A stretch of DNA of 64,000 bases from Nitrospirota bacterium. GTDB taxonomy: Bacteria; Nitrospirota; UBA9217. The stretch spans positions 1,888,001 to 1,952,000 of the forward strand of contig CAVTRN010000002.1 of assembly GCA_963737155.1 (NCBI GenBank), in the 5' to 3' direction. Below, one piece after another: positions 39,631 through 49,895 of this stretch. The translations under genes were made by a program, and so were the position numbers. Below the pieces are notes generated by a model. That model searched no databases, was not told the origin of the DNA, and saw only the letters and a list, made by a program, of their open reading frames with translations. Positions within the stretch are counted from its first letter, which is position 1. Each line of letters starts with the position of its first letter.

Positions 39631-42600
39631 ATGAAGGCGGTAACTATGGATCCTGCTCTTTTTCGAATCATTATTGTCGAGGATGACGTGACCCACGCCG
39701 AAGCCATCGTGCAATCTCTGAAAGACACGGGCATGAACGTGCATTCTGATGTGGTCGGGTCAATTGCCGAATATCATCGGTGTCTGGATGTGTGCCCGCC
39801 TGATATCGCACTTATCGATTTGAACCTTCCGGATGGAAGAGCGCTCGAATTGCTGACCTCTCCACCCGAGACCGGAACGTTCCCCATTTTAGTTATGACA
39901 GACCAAGGCAATGCACAGATGGCAGTGGAAGCCATGAAAGCAGGCGCTCTGGATTACGTGGTAAAATCACCTACGGTTATTGCAGAAATGCCGCGCATCG
40001 TAGTTCGCGCTCTTCGGGAATGGAGACTGCTTATCGAGCGCAGGCATATACAGGAGTCGCTTCGGGCAAACGAAGAGCGTTACCGTCATCTTTTCAAGAA
40101 CATGCTTGAAGGATATGCCCTTTGCAAGATGCTGTTCGTTGATGGGAAGCCGCAGGATTTTATTTACGTCGAAGTAAATGAGGCTTTTGAGCGGCTTACC
40201 GGCCTGAGTAATGTGGTCGGGAAAAAAGTCAGCGAGGTTATTCCCGGGATCCAGGAATCCGATTCAGACATGTTTGAGATCTATGGCAGAGTGTCGTCGT
40301 GCGGGAGCCCGGCACGCTTCGAAACTTTTCGTGCTGCCTTGGGCATCTGGTTATCCATAGCCGTATACAGCCCCGAAAAAGGATTTTTTGTAGCGTTTTT
40401 AGACAACGTCACGGAGCACAAAAAGGCGGAGGCTGCACTACGCGAGAGCGAGGAACGGTTTCGACAGATGGCCGACCAGCTTTTGGATGCACTTTTCGTC
40501 ACCGATATGAAAGGACTGATTACATATGTTTCACCTGCCTCTAATCGCATTTTTGGGTGGTCTCCCAAAGAAATGACTGGCAGGTCGTATACGGAATTTC
40601 TTCAGGTGAACGAGATCCCCGAAGCGCAAAACGCATTCCAGAAGGTTATTACAACTGGACAGGATTTACGCGACTTTGTCCTGCTCATGCTGCGCAAGGA
40701 CGGAAGCACATTCTACGGCGAACTGAATGGCTCTATTTACCGCGTGCAGGACCTGACCGTCGGAACCGTGGGCGTTATTCGGGATGTGACCGATCGTATG
40801 CTCTCTGAAAAGGCCATTCGAAAGAGCAAGGATTTGTTAAACAGAACAGAGCGGGTGTCCAAACTCGGTGGATGGGAGTACGATGTTGAGACTAAAATAA
40901 ATTCATGGAGCAATGAAGTCTACCGAATACATGAAGTTTCCCGTGATTATGATCCGAACGATATTAAACAGGATATGTCGTTCTATTACGGGGAAGATCG
41001 GGCGGTCCTTGAACAGGCATTTTGGAAGGCGGTGAACGATGGAACGCCGTATGATCTCGAACTGAAGTTTATGACAGCAACAGGAAAACCGCTTTGGGTT
41101 AGGACCATCGGCGAGACCGAACGCCGGGACGGGAGGATCGTACGTGTGTTCGGCAACATCATGGATATCACCGAACGCAGGCGTTCAGAAGAAGCACTGC
41201 GCAAGAGCGAGAAGAAGTACCGGGACCTGGTCGAGTTGACCCATGATCTCGTATGGTCGATGGACAGGGAGGGCCGGATCACATACATAAGCCCGGTTTC
41301 ACTGCGCATCTATGGGCGAGCGCCGGAAGAAATGATCGGTCGGTTGTTTACCGACTTTTTCCCGCCTGATGAGATTCAGCGCGGTTTGGATACACTCGAA
41401 AGAGCAATTGCAACCGAGAAATCTGTGCTCGGCTATGAGTGCCGGATTTTTCACCAGGATGGCCACGCGGTCAACCTGATGATCAATGCCTCAGTGCTCC
41501 GGGATGAAATGGGAAACATCGTGGGTGTCGCAGGCACATCGAAGGACATCACATATCGGAAACAGGCGGAGGATGCGCTGCGCAAGAGCGAGGAACGATT
41601 CCGGCAGTACTTCGAACTCGGACTGATCGGCATTGCAATCACATCACCCGCAAAAGGATGGCTGGAGGTCAACGACGAGATATGCCGGATCTTAGGATAC
41701 GAACGGAATGAGCTGATGCGTATGCATTGGGCAGAGTTGACCCATCCAGACGATCTGGCAAACGATGTATCACAATTCAATCGGGTTCTGGCTGGTGAGA
41801 TCGACGGGTATTCCATGGATAAACGGTTTATCCGGAAAGACGGCCATATAATTTCAACCACCATTTCCGGGAAATGTGTGCGTCGCCCTGACGGTTCAGT
41901 CGATTACTTGATTGTGTTGATACAAGATATTACGGAACGCAAACTCGCCGAGCAGATCGTTGCTGCGCAAAGGGCTGAGTTAGCAGCGATTTACGAGAAT
42001 GTGCCGTTCATCATGGTGCTCATAGATAAGGACCTAAGTGTGCGAAAGGTGAACAAGCTTGGCGCTGCGTTCACTGACTCGCTCGCTGCAGACATGATCG
42101 GAGCGCGGGGTGGAGAGGCATTGCGGTGTCTCTTCGCACTAGATAACCCGCAACGATGTGGCTCCGGCAAGGACTGCGCGCAATGTACTCTGCGTAGAAT
42201 TATCGAGGATACCCTCGAAACCGGCACGATCCATGATCAGGTAGAAACGACTATGCGGTTCTTTGTAAACGGTAAAGAACAGGAAACAGTGTTTCTACTA
42301 TCAACCACCAGGCTGATGTTCGGTTCGAAAATCATGGCATTGGTCACCATGCTGGACATTACCGATCGGAAACGGATTGAACAGGAAGTGAGGTTCGCGC
42401 AAACAAAACTGATCCAGGCGAATAAGATGTCCTCGCTTGGCATGCTGGTTTCGAGTGTCGCGCATGAGGTGAATAATCCGAACAATTTCATTATGTTCAA
42501 CAGCTCTCTCCTATCAGGTGCGTGGAAGGATATTGTACCCGTCCTCGATCGTAACGCGAAAGAGGAGACGGCCTTCCGCATTGCCGGCCTTCCCTATGCT

Positions 42601-43176
42601 GAGATGCGCGAGGCAGTTCCGAATCTGCTTTCGGGCATCACCGAAGGTTCGCGCCGGATCAAGGACATGGTGAACCGACTGCGAGAGATTTCCTGCGATG
42701 ACCGATCAGGTCTTAACGGTGTAGTTGATGTCAACGCCGCTGTTCGGAGTGCGGTGATGATACTGCAAAACCAGATCATGAAGTACGCGGAAAATTTTGC
42801 CTTGCTACTCGCCGAGTCACTACCCCCGGTAAAGGGTAGCAACCAGCAAATTGAGCAGGTAGTTATCAATCTAATCCAGAATGCACTGCAGGCGCTGGTC
42901 GACCGGCAAGATTTGATCATAGTGAAGACACTTTACGATAATGCGAAGCGCCAGATTGTTATCGAGGTGCAGGACAATGGCCGGGGGATATCACCTCAGA
43001 ATCTTAAGCATATCAGAGAGCCTTTTTTTACGACCAAAATGGATTCGGGTGGTACTGGTCTGGGGCTGTCCATATCAAGTTCGATCGTACAAGACCATCA
43101 CGGAACCCTTGATTGCCAGTCCCAGGAATCGATAGGGACCACGGTCCGGGTTATACTGCCGGAAAATGAAAGCTAA
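39631..43176 (+). CDS. REC-6xPAS NtrB-type histidine kinase
   Basis: N-terminal REC (VEDD, DLNLPDG), six PAS/PAC units, AHEVNNP, NLIQNA, PFFTTK, GTGLGL. Confidence 0.92.
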   Translation: MKAVTMDPALFRIIIVEDDVTHAEAIVQSLKDTGMNVHSDVVGSIAEYHRCLDVCPPDIALIDLNLPDGRALELLTSPPETGTFPILVMTDQGNAQMAVEAMKAGALDYVVKSPTVIAEMPRIVVRALREWRLLIERRHIQESLRANEERYRHLFKNMLEGYALCKMLFVDGKPQDFIYVEVNEAFERLTGLSNVVGKKVSEVIPGIQESDSDMFEIYGRVSSCGSPARFETFRAALGIWLSIAVYSPEKGFFVAFLDNVTEHKKAEAALRESEERFRQMADQLLDALFVTDMKGLITYVSPASNRIFGWSPKEMTGRSYTEFLQVNEIPEAQNAFQKVITTGQDLRDFVLLMLRKDGSTFYGELNGSIYRVQDLTVGTVGVIRDVTDRMLSEKAIRKSKDLLNRTERVSKLGGWEYDVETKINSWSNEVYRIHEVSRDYDPNDIKQDMSFYYGEDRAVLEQAFWKAVNDGTPYDLELKFMTATGKPLWVRTIGETERRDGRIVRVFGNIMDITERRRSEEALRKSEKKYRDLVELTHDLVWSMDREGRITYISPVSLRIYGRAPEEMIGRLFTDFFPPDEIQRGLDTLERAIATEKSVLGYECRIFHQDGHAVNLMINASVLRDEMGNIVGVAGTSKDITYRKQAEDALRKSEERFRQYFELGLIGIAITSPAKGWLEVNDEICRILGYERNELMRMHWAELTHPDDLANDVSQFNRVLAGEIDGYSMDKRFIRKDGHIISTTISGKCVRRPDGSVDYLIVLIQDITERKLAEQIVAAQRAELAAIYENVPFIMVLIDKDLSVRKVNKLGAAFTDSLAADMIGARGGEALRCLFALDNPQRCGSGKDCAQCTLRRIIEDTLETGTIHDQVETTMRFFVNGKEQETVFLLSTTRLMFGSKIMALVTMLDITDRKRIEQEVRFAQTKLIQANKMSSLGMLVSSVAHEVNNPNNFIMFNSSLLSGAWKDIVPVLDRNAKEETAFRIAGLPYAEMREAVPNLLSGITEGSRRIKDMVNRLREISCDDRSGLNGVVDVNAAVRSAVMILQNQIMKYAENFALLLAESLPPVKGSNQQIEQVVINLIQNALQALVDRQDLIIVKTLYDNAKRQIVIEVQDNGRGISPQNLKHIREPFFTTKMDSGGTGLGLSISSSIVQDHHGTLDCQSQESIGTTVRVILPENES

Positions 43177-43275
43177 TTTAAGCTGCCGCTCACTCAGAAG
43201 AAATAATAACAGCACGAGTATCGGGTTCAAAACTCAAAACCTCTAAAACCTTTGCTTTTTCAGGAGACGTATCGC

Positions 43276-44682
43276 ATGAATGGGAAAAAAACCGTACTTT
43301 TGGTGGATGATGAACGACATATTCTCTACGCCGCGGACCTTACGATACGGTCCGCGGGCATCGCTGAAGTCGTTACCCTTGATGACAGCAGAAAGGTCAT
43401 GCCCCTGTTGGCGGACCGGAATATCGCTGTAATCGTTCTGGATCTCACGATGCCGTTCCTGTCAGGCAAAAAGTTGATGGAAGAAATTGGAAGGGAGTAT
43501 CCCGAAACAACCGTGATCGTCATGACGGGCTCGAATGATCTCGATACCGCTGTGCAATGCATGAAAGCCGGGGCTTTTGATTATCTCGTCAAGCCCGTCG
43601 AACAGGAGCGCTTTCTCACGAGCGTAACCAGAGCGCTCGAGGTGAGATCGCTTAAGGATGAAGTGATGTGCTTGAAACAGCATCTGCTGGATAACCGCAT
43701 CGAGTATGCACCGGCTTTATCGAGGATAATCACCGCCAGCAAGAACATCCAGTCACTATTCCAATACCTCATGGCGATTGCTTACTCAGGGCAGCCCGTG
43801 CTGATTACGGGGGATACCGGCGTAGGCAAGGAGTTGTTTGCACAGGCGGTGCACGACCTGAGCAAAAGGACCGGTCAGTTCATAGCGATCAATACAGCGG
43901 GTCTTGATGAGACAGTTTTCTCCGACACTCTGTTCGGCCATGTCAAGGGTGCTTATACCGGCGCGGACAGCAGACGACCGGGACTGATCGATAAAGCGGC
44001 AGGCGGTACACTTTTTCTGGACGAGATCGGTGATCTAAGGGAGGCGCTCCAGGTCAAGCTCCTGAGGCTTCTACAGGACAAGGTCTATTATCCGCTCGGT
44101 TCGGATGCGCCATCGCGGAGCGAGACGCGCATTGTGGTCGCGACAAATCAGAACCTTCAGGAGCGGATGGAAACAGGCATGTTCCGGAAAGACCTGTATT
44201 ACCGGCTCCGATATCATCATATTCACATTCCTCCGCTTCGAGAACGGAAAGAGGACATTCCTCTTCTGGTAGACCATTTCCTACAGGAAGCTGCGGTGGC
44301 ACTCAACAAATCAGTACCGACCGTCCCCATTGAATTGATAGCACTGCTCAATTCCTACGATTTCCCGGGTAACGTGAGGGAACTTGGCGCCATGGTCTAC
44401 GATGCCGTGGCACGCCACGGGCGCGGGGTCCTTTCACTCACGATTTTTCGCGAACACATCATGGAACTTAAACGTGCAACACGAAAAAAGAGCGGATCCA
44501 ACCACTCTGATCCGGGATCGTTTTTCGAGATCCAAGACAGATTGCCGACACTGAAGGAAGCAGAGGACTATGTGGTGTCGGAGTCCATGCGCCGCGCACA
44601 GGGAAACCAGGGGATTGCTGCTGCCATGATCGGTCTGACCCGACAGGCGCTGAACAAGCGGCTCTTGCGGGGAATGAAATGA
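43276..44682 (+). CDS. Sigma-54-dependent response regulator (NtrC family)
   Basis: REC (LVDDE, DLTMP), GDTGVGKE, GAYTGA, LFLDEIG, FPGNVREL, Fis-type HTH; ATG 43276 follows AGGAG. Confidence 0.95.
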   Translation: MNGKKTVLLVDDERHILYAADLTIRSAGIAEVVTLDDSRKVMPLLADRNIAVIVLDLTMPFLSGKKLMEEIGREYPETTVIVMTGSNDLDTAVQCMKAGAFDYLVKPVEQERFLTSVTRALEVRSLKDEVMCLKQHLLDNRIEYAPALSRIITASKNIQSLFQYLMAIAYSGQPVLITGDTGVGKELFAQAVHDLSKRTGQFIAINTAGLDETVFSDTLFGHVKGAYTGADSRRPGLIDKAAGGTLFLDEIGDLREALQVKLLRLLQDKVYYPLGSDAPSRSETRIVVATNQNLQERMETGMFRKDLYYRLRYHHIHIPPLRERKEDIPLLVDHFLQEAAVALNKSVPTVPIELIALLNSYDFPGNVRELGAMVYDAVARHGRGVLSLTIFREHIMELKRATRKKSGSNHSDPGSFFEIQDRLPTLKEAEDYVVSESMRRAQGNQGIAAAMIGLTRQALNKRLLRGMK

Positions 44683-44953
44683 TTAAAAACAGTTGAGTAG
44701 TCCGAGTTGCGGGCCTTAGGTTTAAACTCGGAATTCAAGACGAACAACTCTCGCCTTCACCTCGGAACCGACCCTTACGACATTATTTGCGCGAAGACAT
44801 TTTTTGCTAACTTGCATTTCTCCATTCTTCCCGGTGTTTATCTCCTCTAAACCTCCATTACCTTTCCAGGGCGCGTTGTTCCGTCGCACGGTCCAACTAT
44901 AAACATCCTGGACTACCCTATCAAATAATTAAGAAAAAACGTCACCACTCTCC

Positions 44954-44969
44954 TGGCATAGTCCATGCA
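44954..44969 (+). promoter_or_regulatory. Sigma-54 promoter of the chemosensory operon
   Basis: TGGCAT-AGTCC-ATGCA at -24/-12 spacing, just downstream of the sigma-54 activator gene. Confidence 0.65.
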
Positions 44970-45092
44970 ATACCAATATCATGCGAGGTAATAAATTCTA
45001 TATCAAAAAACATATTGGTTGTTGCATAGTCCATGCAATACCAATATCACGCGAGGTAATAAGTACTATGTCAAAAAACATATTGGTTGTTG
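44957..45092 (+). repeat. 68-bp tandem duplication spanning promoter, RBS and start codon
   Basis: 44957-45024 and 45025-45092 differ at only four positions. Confidence 0.95.
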
Positions 45093-45442
45093 ATGATGAG
45101 GCATCCTTTCGATTTGCTGCAAGTTTATTTCTACGCCAGGAGGGGTATGAAGTGAGCCAGGCGAAGAACGGCATTGAAGCATTCGCAAAGATCATGAAGC
45201 GTCAAGAGCAGGGAAATCCCTTCGATCTAATCGTGCTTGATATCCAGATGCCGGAGATGACCGGGAACGAGGTATTTGACGCTATCAATGAGAATGGCGT
45301 TACAACACCGGTCATATTCGTATCAGGATACGCGGACGAACAATCCATCTGCACCCTGAACCAAAATGTAAACAGCAGACTGCTCAGCAAACCATTTGAA
45401 GCTAAGCAGATGATTCAGATGGTAGAATCGATGATAAATTAG
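45068..45442 (+). CDS. Single-domain response regulator
   Basis: [25 protein letters not shown]; ATG at 45068 after GAGGT (the track's 44981 start reads through the duplication). Confidence 0.88.
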   Translation: MSKNILVVDDEASFRFAASLFLRQEGYEVSQAKNGIEAFAKIMKRQEQGNPFDLIVLDIQMPEMTGNEVFDAINENGVTTPVIFVSGYADEQSICTLNQNVNSRLLSKPFEAKQMIQMVESMIN

Positions 45443-45444
45443 CG

Positions 45445-46665
45445 ATGATACTATTAAAAGCGAAAATACTCGACCGATATACACTTCTTCAGGTGATTCT
45501 GCTACTATTTCCGGCGCTTTTGGCATCCTTGATTAATAATGGGCCTGTGCGCGTTCTCGTTATTACTGCTGCGATCATCACCGCTGCCATCGCGATCACG
45601 AGTATAACCGGCTTAAAGGTCCATAGGGAGAGGAAGACGGCCGCTGAGGCGAATGAGCAATCCCTTCTAATCGTTGATAGCTGTGTAGCTTCGGTCAGCA
45701 GGAAACTTGCTGAGCATACCTTGCTCATCCCCGTGCTGAATAATCAGTTGAAACAGGTGATCGACGAAACGGAGACCGCTGCTCTCGGTATGGGTGAAAG
45801 ATTCACTGAGATCGTATCGCGTGCGCGGAGTCAGGCGGGACAGGCTGAAGGGGCGGTGCAAAGTTTCTCGGGCAGCGGTGATGGAACAGATAATGTTGTC
45901 GATCTGAGCAGAAAGGCCTTGTCAGAGGTGACCTATCGGATAAATGGGATTTGCGGTATAGCGCGTCAGACTCTTAGCGACATGGAGATCATTCTTCATG
46001 AGGCGGGCGATACCAGGGCAAGCATCGACCAGATTCAGTATATCGCGGACCAGACCAACTTGCTCGCGCTGAACGCAGCAATCGAGGCGGCCCGTGCCGG
46101 GGACCACGGTCGCGGCTTTGCCGTTGTAGCCGACGAGGTGAGAAAACTGTCTCAGAAATCCAACGATACAGCTGAAAAAATAAGAAAACACGTTGAGAAA
46201 GTTGAAACCGACATACGAAACATTTATGAAAAGACTGAACGAAATACGACAGCGACGGGCACGCTCTCGACAGAGGCGGAAGCAGTAGTGCACGAGACGA
46301 TGAACAAAATCGATGCGTCCATGAACAGCGCACGTGACAAGCTGAGTGTGATCAAGCAGGAGACCGAACATCTTGCCAGCGACATAGGGTCTATCCTAGT
46401 CTCCATGCAGTTTCAGGACATAACGCGTCAACGTATCGAGCATGTGATTGGTCCGCTGACCTCGGTCATGTCTGAAATTGAGGATCTTTGCAGCAGGATG
46501 AAGAACATACACGAACAGGTGACGCATGACCACATCCCTGGGTCAAAGGCCGTAATGCTTGAGCAACTCTACACCATGGAGTCAGAACGGCAGGTCTTAC
46601 GTGAAACGCTTAGGAGCGGAAATAATGATGGCCGTGCCGAGGTAAGTAACGTGACTTTATTTTAA
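45445..46665 (+). CDS. Methyl-accepting chemotaxis-like protein with a short TM hairpin
   Basis: [36 protein letters not shown]; C-terminal [25 protein letters not shown]; no periplasmic sensor. Confidence 0.88.
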   Translation: MILLKAKILDRYTLLQVILLLFPALLASLINNGPVRVLVITAAIITAAIAITSITGLKVHRERKTAAEANEQSLLIVDSCVASVSRKLAEHTLLIPVLNNQLKQVIDETETAALGMGERFTEIVSRARSQAGQAEGAVQSFSGSGDGTDNVVDLSRKALSEVTYRINGICGIARQTLSDMEIILHEAGDTRASIDQIQYIADQTNLLALNAAIEAARAGDHGRGFAVVADEVRKLSQKSNDTAEKIRKHVEKVETDIRNIYEKTERNTTATGTLSTEAEAVVHETMNKIDASMNSARDKLSVIKQETEHLASDIGSILVSMQFQDITRQRIEHVIGPLTSVMSEIEDLCSRMKNIHEQVTHDHIPGSKAVMLEQLYTMESERQVLRETLRSGNNDGRAEVSNVTLF

Positions 46666-46870
46666 GGGAATGTCATAGATCGTCCCTGCTATAAGGTCGG
46701 TCGCAATCGGTGGTGCAGTGCCAAGAAAATATACCATCTGCACCGTGCAGGGGAAGTTAACCGTATTGTACGGAGGTTTTCCGACTACGTATATTACTCA
46801 GAGCTTTCGCGTTTGGAACTCGTTAAAAACATGTCAGGCGGTTATGCCGCGGCTTTAGGAGGAGAATAAT

Positions 46871-47236
46871 ATGGCGAACAATATTCTTATAGTAGATGAC
46901 TCCGCTTCTATGAGGCAGCTTGTATCATTCACCATTAAGGACGCCGGATTCGGCGTAATGGAGGCGGTGAATGGGAAAGACGCCCTTACCAAGGCATCGG
47001 GTGCGAAGATGGACATGGTGATAACAGACCTGAACATGCCCGAAATGGATGGTATCGAGCTGATAAAACAGCTCCGGAGAAAAACGGAATACAAGTTCAC
47101 CCCCATCGTTATGCTCACCACGGAGTCGCAAGAGGGGAAAAAACAGGAAGGTAAACAGGCCGGGGCCAGCGGTTGGATCGTAAAGCCCTTCAAGCCTGAG
47201 CAGCTTATGGAAGTGGTAAAAAAATTTGTTAAGTAG
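46871..47236 (+). CDS. cheY: Chemotaxis response regulator
   Basis: IVDDS, TDLNMP, MLTTE, WIVKPF; sits before STAS and cheA. Confidence 0.9.
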   Translation: MANNILIVDDSASMRQLVSFTIKDAGFGVMEAVNGKDALTKASGAKMDMVITDLNMPEMDGIELIKQLRRKTEYKFTPIVMLTTESQEGKKQEGKQAGASGWIVKPFKPEQLMEVVKKFVK

Positions 47237-47291
47237 CCAAGCATTTCATCAGCCGTATACAACTATGTCGTTAGACAACAAGGAGTGAGGA

Positions 47292-47642
47292 ATGATCAAC
47301 ATCGACACTCAACAAGGCGAGGACCGCGAAACTGTTAACATTGGCGGCAGCCTCACGGTGGAACATGCCAGGGAAATGAAAGACGCGATCCAAAGCGCAC
47401 TGGAACAACGAGGCAAGAACATCGTGCTTTCGCTCGGGACAGTAACCAGGGCGGATCTAACGTTTTTCCAATTGGTCTGCTCTGCCCATAAGACAGCAAT
47501 AACAGCTGACAAGACCTTTAGTGTTGAACAATATCAACAGGATGTCCTGATGCGTGCTCATCGATCCATGGGATTCACCCGACGAGTTGGTTGTGCACTC
47601 GATAAAACGAAATCGTGCGTCTTCATGCTGATGAGCGCTTAG
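47292..47642 (+). CDS. STAS-domain protein of the chemotaxis operon
   Basis: IGGSLTVEHA..LGTVTRADLTFFQLVCSAHKT; cheY-STAS-cheA context. Confidence 0.75.
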   Translation: MINIDTQQGEDRETVNIGGSLTVEHAREMKDAIQSALEQRGKNIVLSLGTVTRADLTFFQLVCSAHKTAITADKTFSVEQYQQDVLMRAHRSMGFTRRVGCALDKTKSCVFMLMSA

Positions 47643-47651
47643 GAGGCTTTC

Positions 47652-49760
47652 ATGTCAATGATGGACAAAGGTAACGAGGTCTTCCAGGAGGAAGCGAAGG
47701 AACTGCTTGCTGAACTCGAAGCGTCGCTTCTTGAACTGGAGGACAATCCGAATGACAACGACCTGATCAGCCGCGTGTTCCGGGCGATGCATACTATCAA
47801 GGGCTCAGGATCCATGTTCGGCTACGATGCGATCGCCAAGTTCACCCATGAGATCGAGACCGCATTTGACCAGGTCAGGAGCGGCAAGGTCGTCATGACG
47901 AAGGACTTAAGTTCCGTCAGCCTTGAAGCACGTGACCTGATCAAATCCATGCTGGAATCAGCTGATGGTGGGGCCGGACCGGTACATTCGGCCCGGGTCG
48001 CAGTAATCCTATCACGGCTGCGGAAGATCATGCCCGCCGCGCGAGAACAGGTGAAAAGAGACCCGGAAATGGCTGCCCGGGCGGCATCCGATTTCGGTGA
48101 GCCCGTTACGTATCGCATTTATTTCAAGCCTCATATAGATGTATTCAAAACTGGGAATAATCCTGCAGTACTTGTTGAGGAACTCGCCGCGCTGGGCGCG
48201 TGTACGGTAGTGGCAAGCACCGATGATGTCCCACGTTTTCAAGAGATGGATCCGGAGCTATGTTATACGGCCTGGAACGTCACGCTCACCACAGACCGTG
48301 GCAGAGATGCCATCCAGGATGTATTCATCTTTGTCCAGGATGACGCAGAAATCAAGATTGATCTGATCGGGACAGCCGAGGATGCCGGGCAAAAGAAGTT
48401 GGGCGAGATCCTCGTCGAGCAGGGAGCGGCTACGCCTGAGGCCATAGAGGCTGCTCTTGCCAAACAAAAAAGATTGGGTGATGTATTGCAGGAAGATGGT
48501 GTCGTGAACGCAGGCGCAGTGGAAGTCGCCCTGGCCGAGCAGCAGCACTTAAAGTCAATAAACGCTAAAAAGCAGAATGAAGAATCCGCCATGAGTGTAA
48601 GGGTCGCAGCGGACAAGCTGGACCGGCTTGTGGATCTCGTGGGTGAGCTGGTGACGGTTCAGGCGCGTTTTAGTCAAGCAGCGGATGAGAAGCTCTACCG
48701 TCAGACCCCTTTCCGGGCCATATCGGAAGAAGTCGAACGTCTTACTTCCGAACTTCGTGACAATGCCATGAGTATACGCATGATGCAGATCGGCTCGACG
48801 TTCAGCAAATTCAAGCGTCTGGTCAGGGACCTCACCAAGGACCTTGGTAAAGAGATCGAGATGACCACAGACGGCGCTGAAACCGAGCTGGACAAGACCG
48901 TGATCGAGAAACTGAATGATCCCCTTGTTCATCTGATCAGAAACAGCATAGATCACGGTGTGGAAATGCCTGCGGATCGCGAAGCGAAGGGCAAGCCGAG
49001 GGGCGGCGTCGTCCATCTTTCGGCCCGGCATTCGGGAGCTCAGGTCCTGATCACAGTGGAGGATGATGGGGCTGGTCTGGATCCGGAACGTATTCGGGCG
49101 AAAGCGCTAGAGAAGGGACTGATTCAGCCGGATGCGGTACTCACTGAAAAAGAGATATTCGCTCTCATTCTGTTGCCAGGTTTTTCGACTGCGAAGACAA
49201 TCACCAGCGTGTCGGGCCGCGGTGTAGGCATGGACGTTGTTAATAGGTCAATTGACGCTCTCAGAGGCACGATCGAGATTAAAAGCGAAAAAGGCGTTGG
49301 GTCGGCCATAACACTTCATTTGCCGCTTACCCTGGCGATCATTGAGGGGCTCATGGTCAAGATCAATAGTGACAATTTTATCATTCCTCTTTCTAATGTC
49401 GAGGAATGCGTAGAGCTGACTCGCAAGGACGTGTTGAATGCTCATGGACGGGATTTGGCGAAAGTGCGTGGCCAGATTGTGCCATATATTCGTTTGAGAG
49501 AGCGATTCTCATTCAGCGCTGATCGGCCCGACCGTGAGCAGATCGTGATCACAAGATCCGGCGATTACCGCGTCGGCCTGGTGGTGGATGCGGTTATCGG
49601 CAACCATCAGACCGTGATCAAGCCGCTGGGAAACTTTTACAGACATGTTGAGGGACTCTCTGGAGCCACCATTCTGGGAGACGGCAGCGTGGCGCTGATT
49701 CTTGATGTAGCAAAACTGGTACAGCTAGTGGAACAGCAGGAAATAGCAATTGCGAATTAG
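47652..49760 (+). CDS. cheA: Chemotaxis histidine kinase
   Basis: Hpt FRAMHTIKG, LVDLVGELV, HLIRNSIDHG, GFSTA..SGRGVGMDVV, CheW domain GATILGDG. Confidence 0.97.
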   Translation: MSMMDKGNEVFQEEAKELLAELEASLLELEDNPNDNDLISRVFRAMHTIKGSGSMFGYDAIAKFTHEIETAFDQVRSGKVVMTKDLSSVSLEARDLIKSMLESADGGAGPVHSARVAVILSRLRKIMPAAREQVKRDPEMAARAASDFGEPVTYRIYFKPHIDVFKTGNNPAVLVEELAALGACTVVASTDDVPRFQEMDPELCYTAWNVTLTTDRGRDAIQDVFIFVQDDAEIKIDLIGTAEDAGQKKLGEILVEQGAATPEAIEAALAKQKRLGDVLQEDGVVNAGAVEVALAEQQHLKSINAKKQNEESAMSVRVAADKLDRLVDLVGELVTVQARFSQAADEKLYRQTPFRAISEEVERLTSELRDNAMSIRMMQIGSTFSKFKRLVRDLTKDLGKEIEMTTDGAETELDKTVIEKLNDPLVHLIRNSIDHGVEMPADREAKGKPRGGVVHLSARHSGAQVLITVEDDGAGLDPERIRAKALEKGLIQPDAVLTEKEIFALILLPGFSTAKTITSVSGRGVGMDVVNRSIDALRGTIEIKSEKGVGSAITLHLPLTLAIIEGLMVKINSDNFIIPLSNVEECVELTRKDVLNAHGRDLAKVRGQIVPYIRLRERFSFSADRPDREQIVITRSGDYRVGLVVDAVIGNHQTVIKPLGNFYRHVEGLSGATILGDGSVALILDVAKLVQLVEQQEIAIAN

Positions 49761-49895
49761 GAATTAAATTTATAATTCTTATCCGCCGGGACGTTGCATA
49801 GCTGGTGCCCTCACCGTGAAATGGGGAGAGCTTGAAGGCAGCGCGGTTTATGACGAGCCAATGCTACTTGTAATGCTTAAATTGAGGTTAAAATT

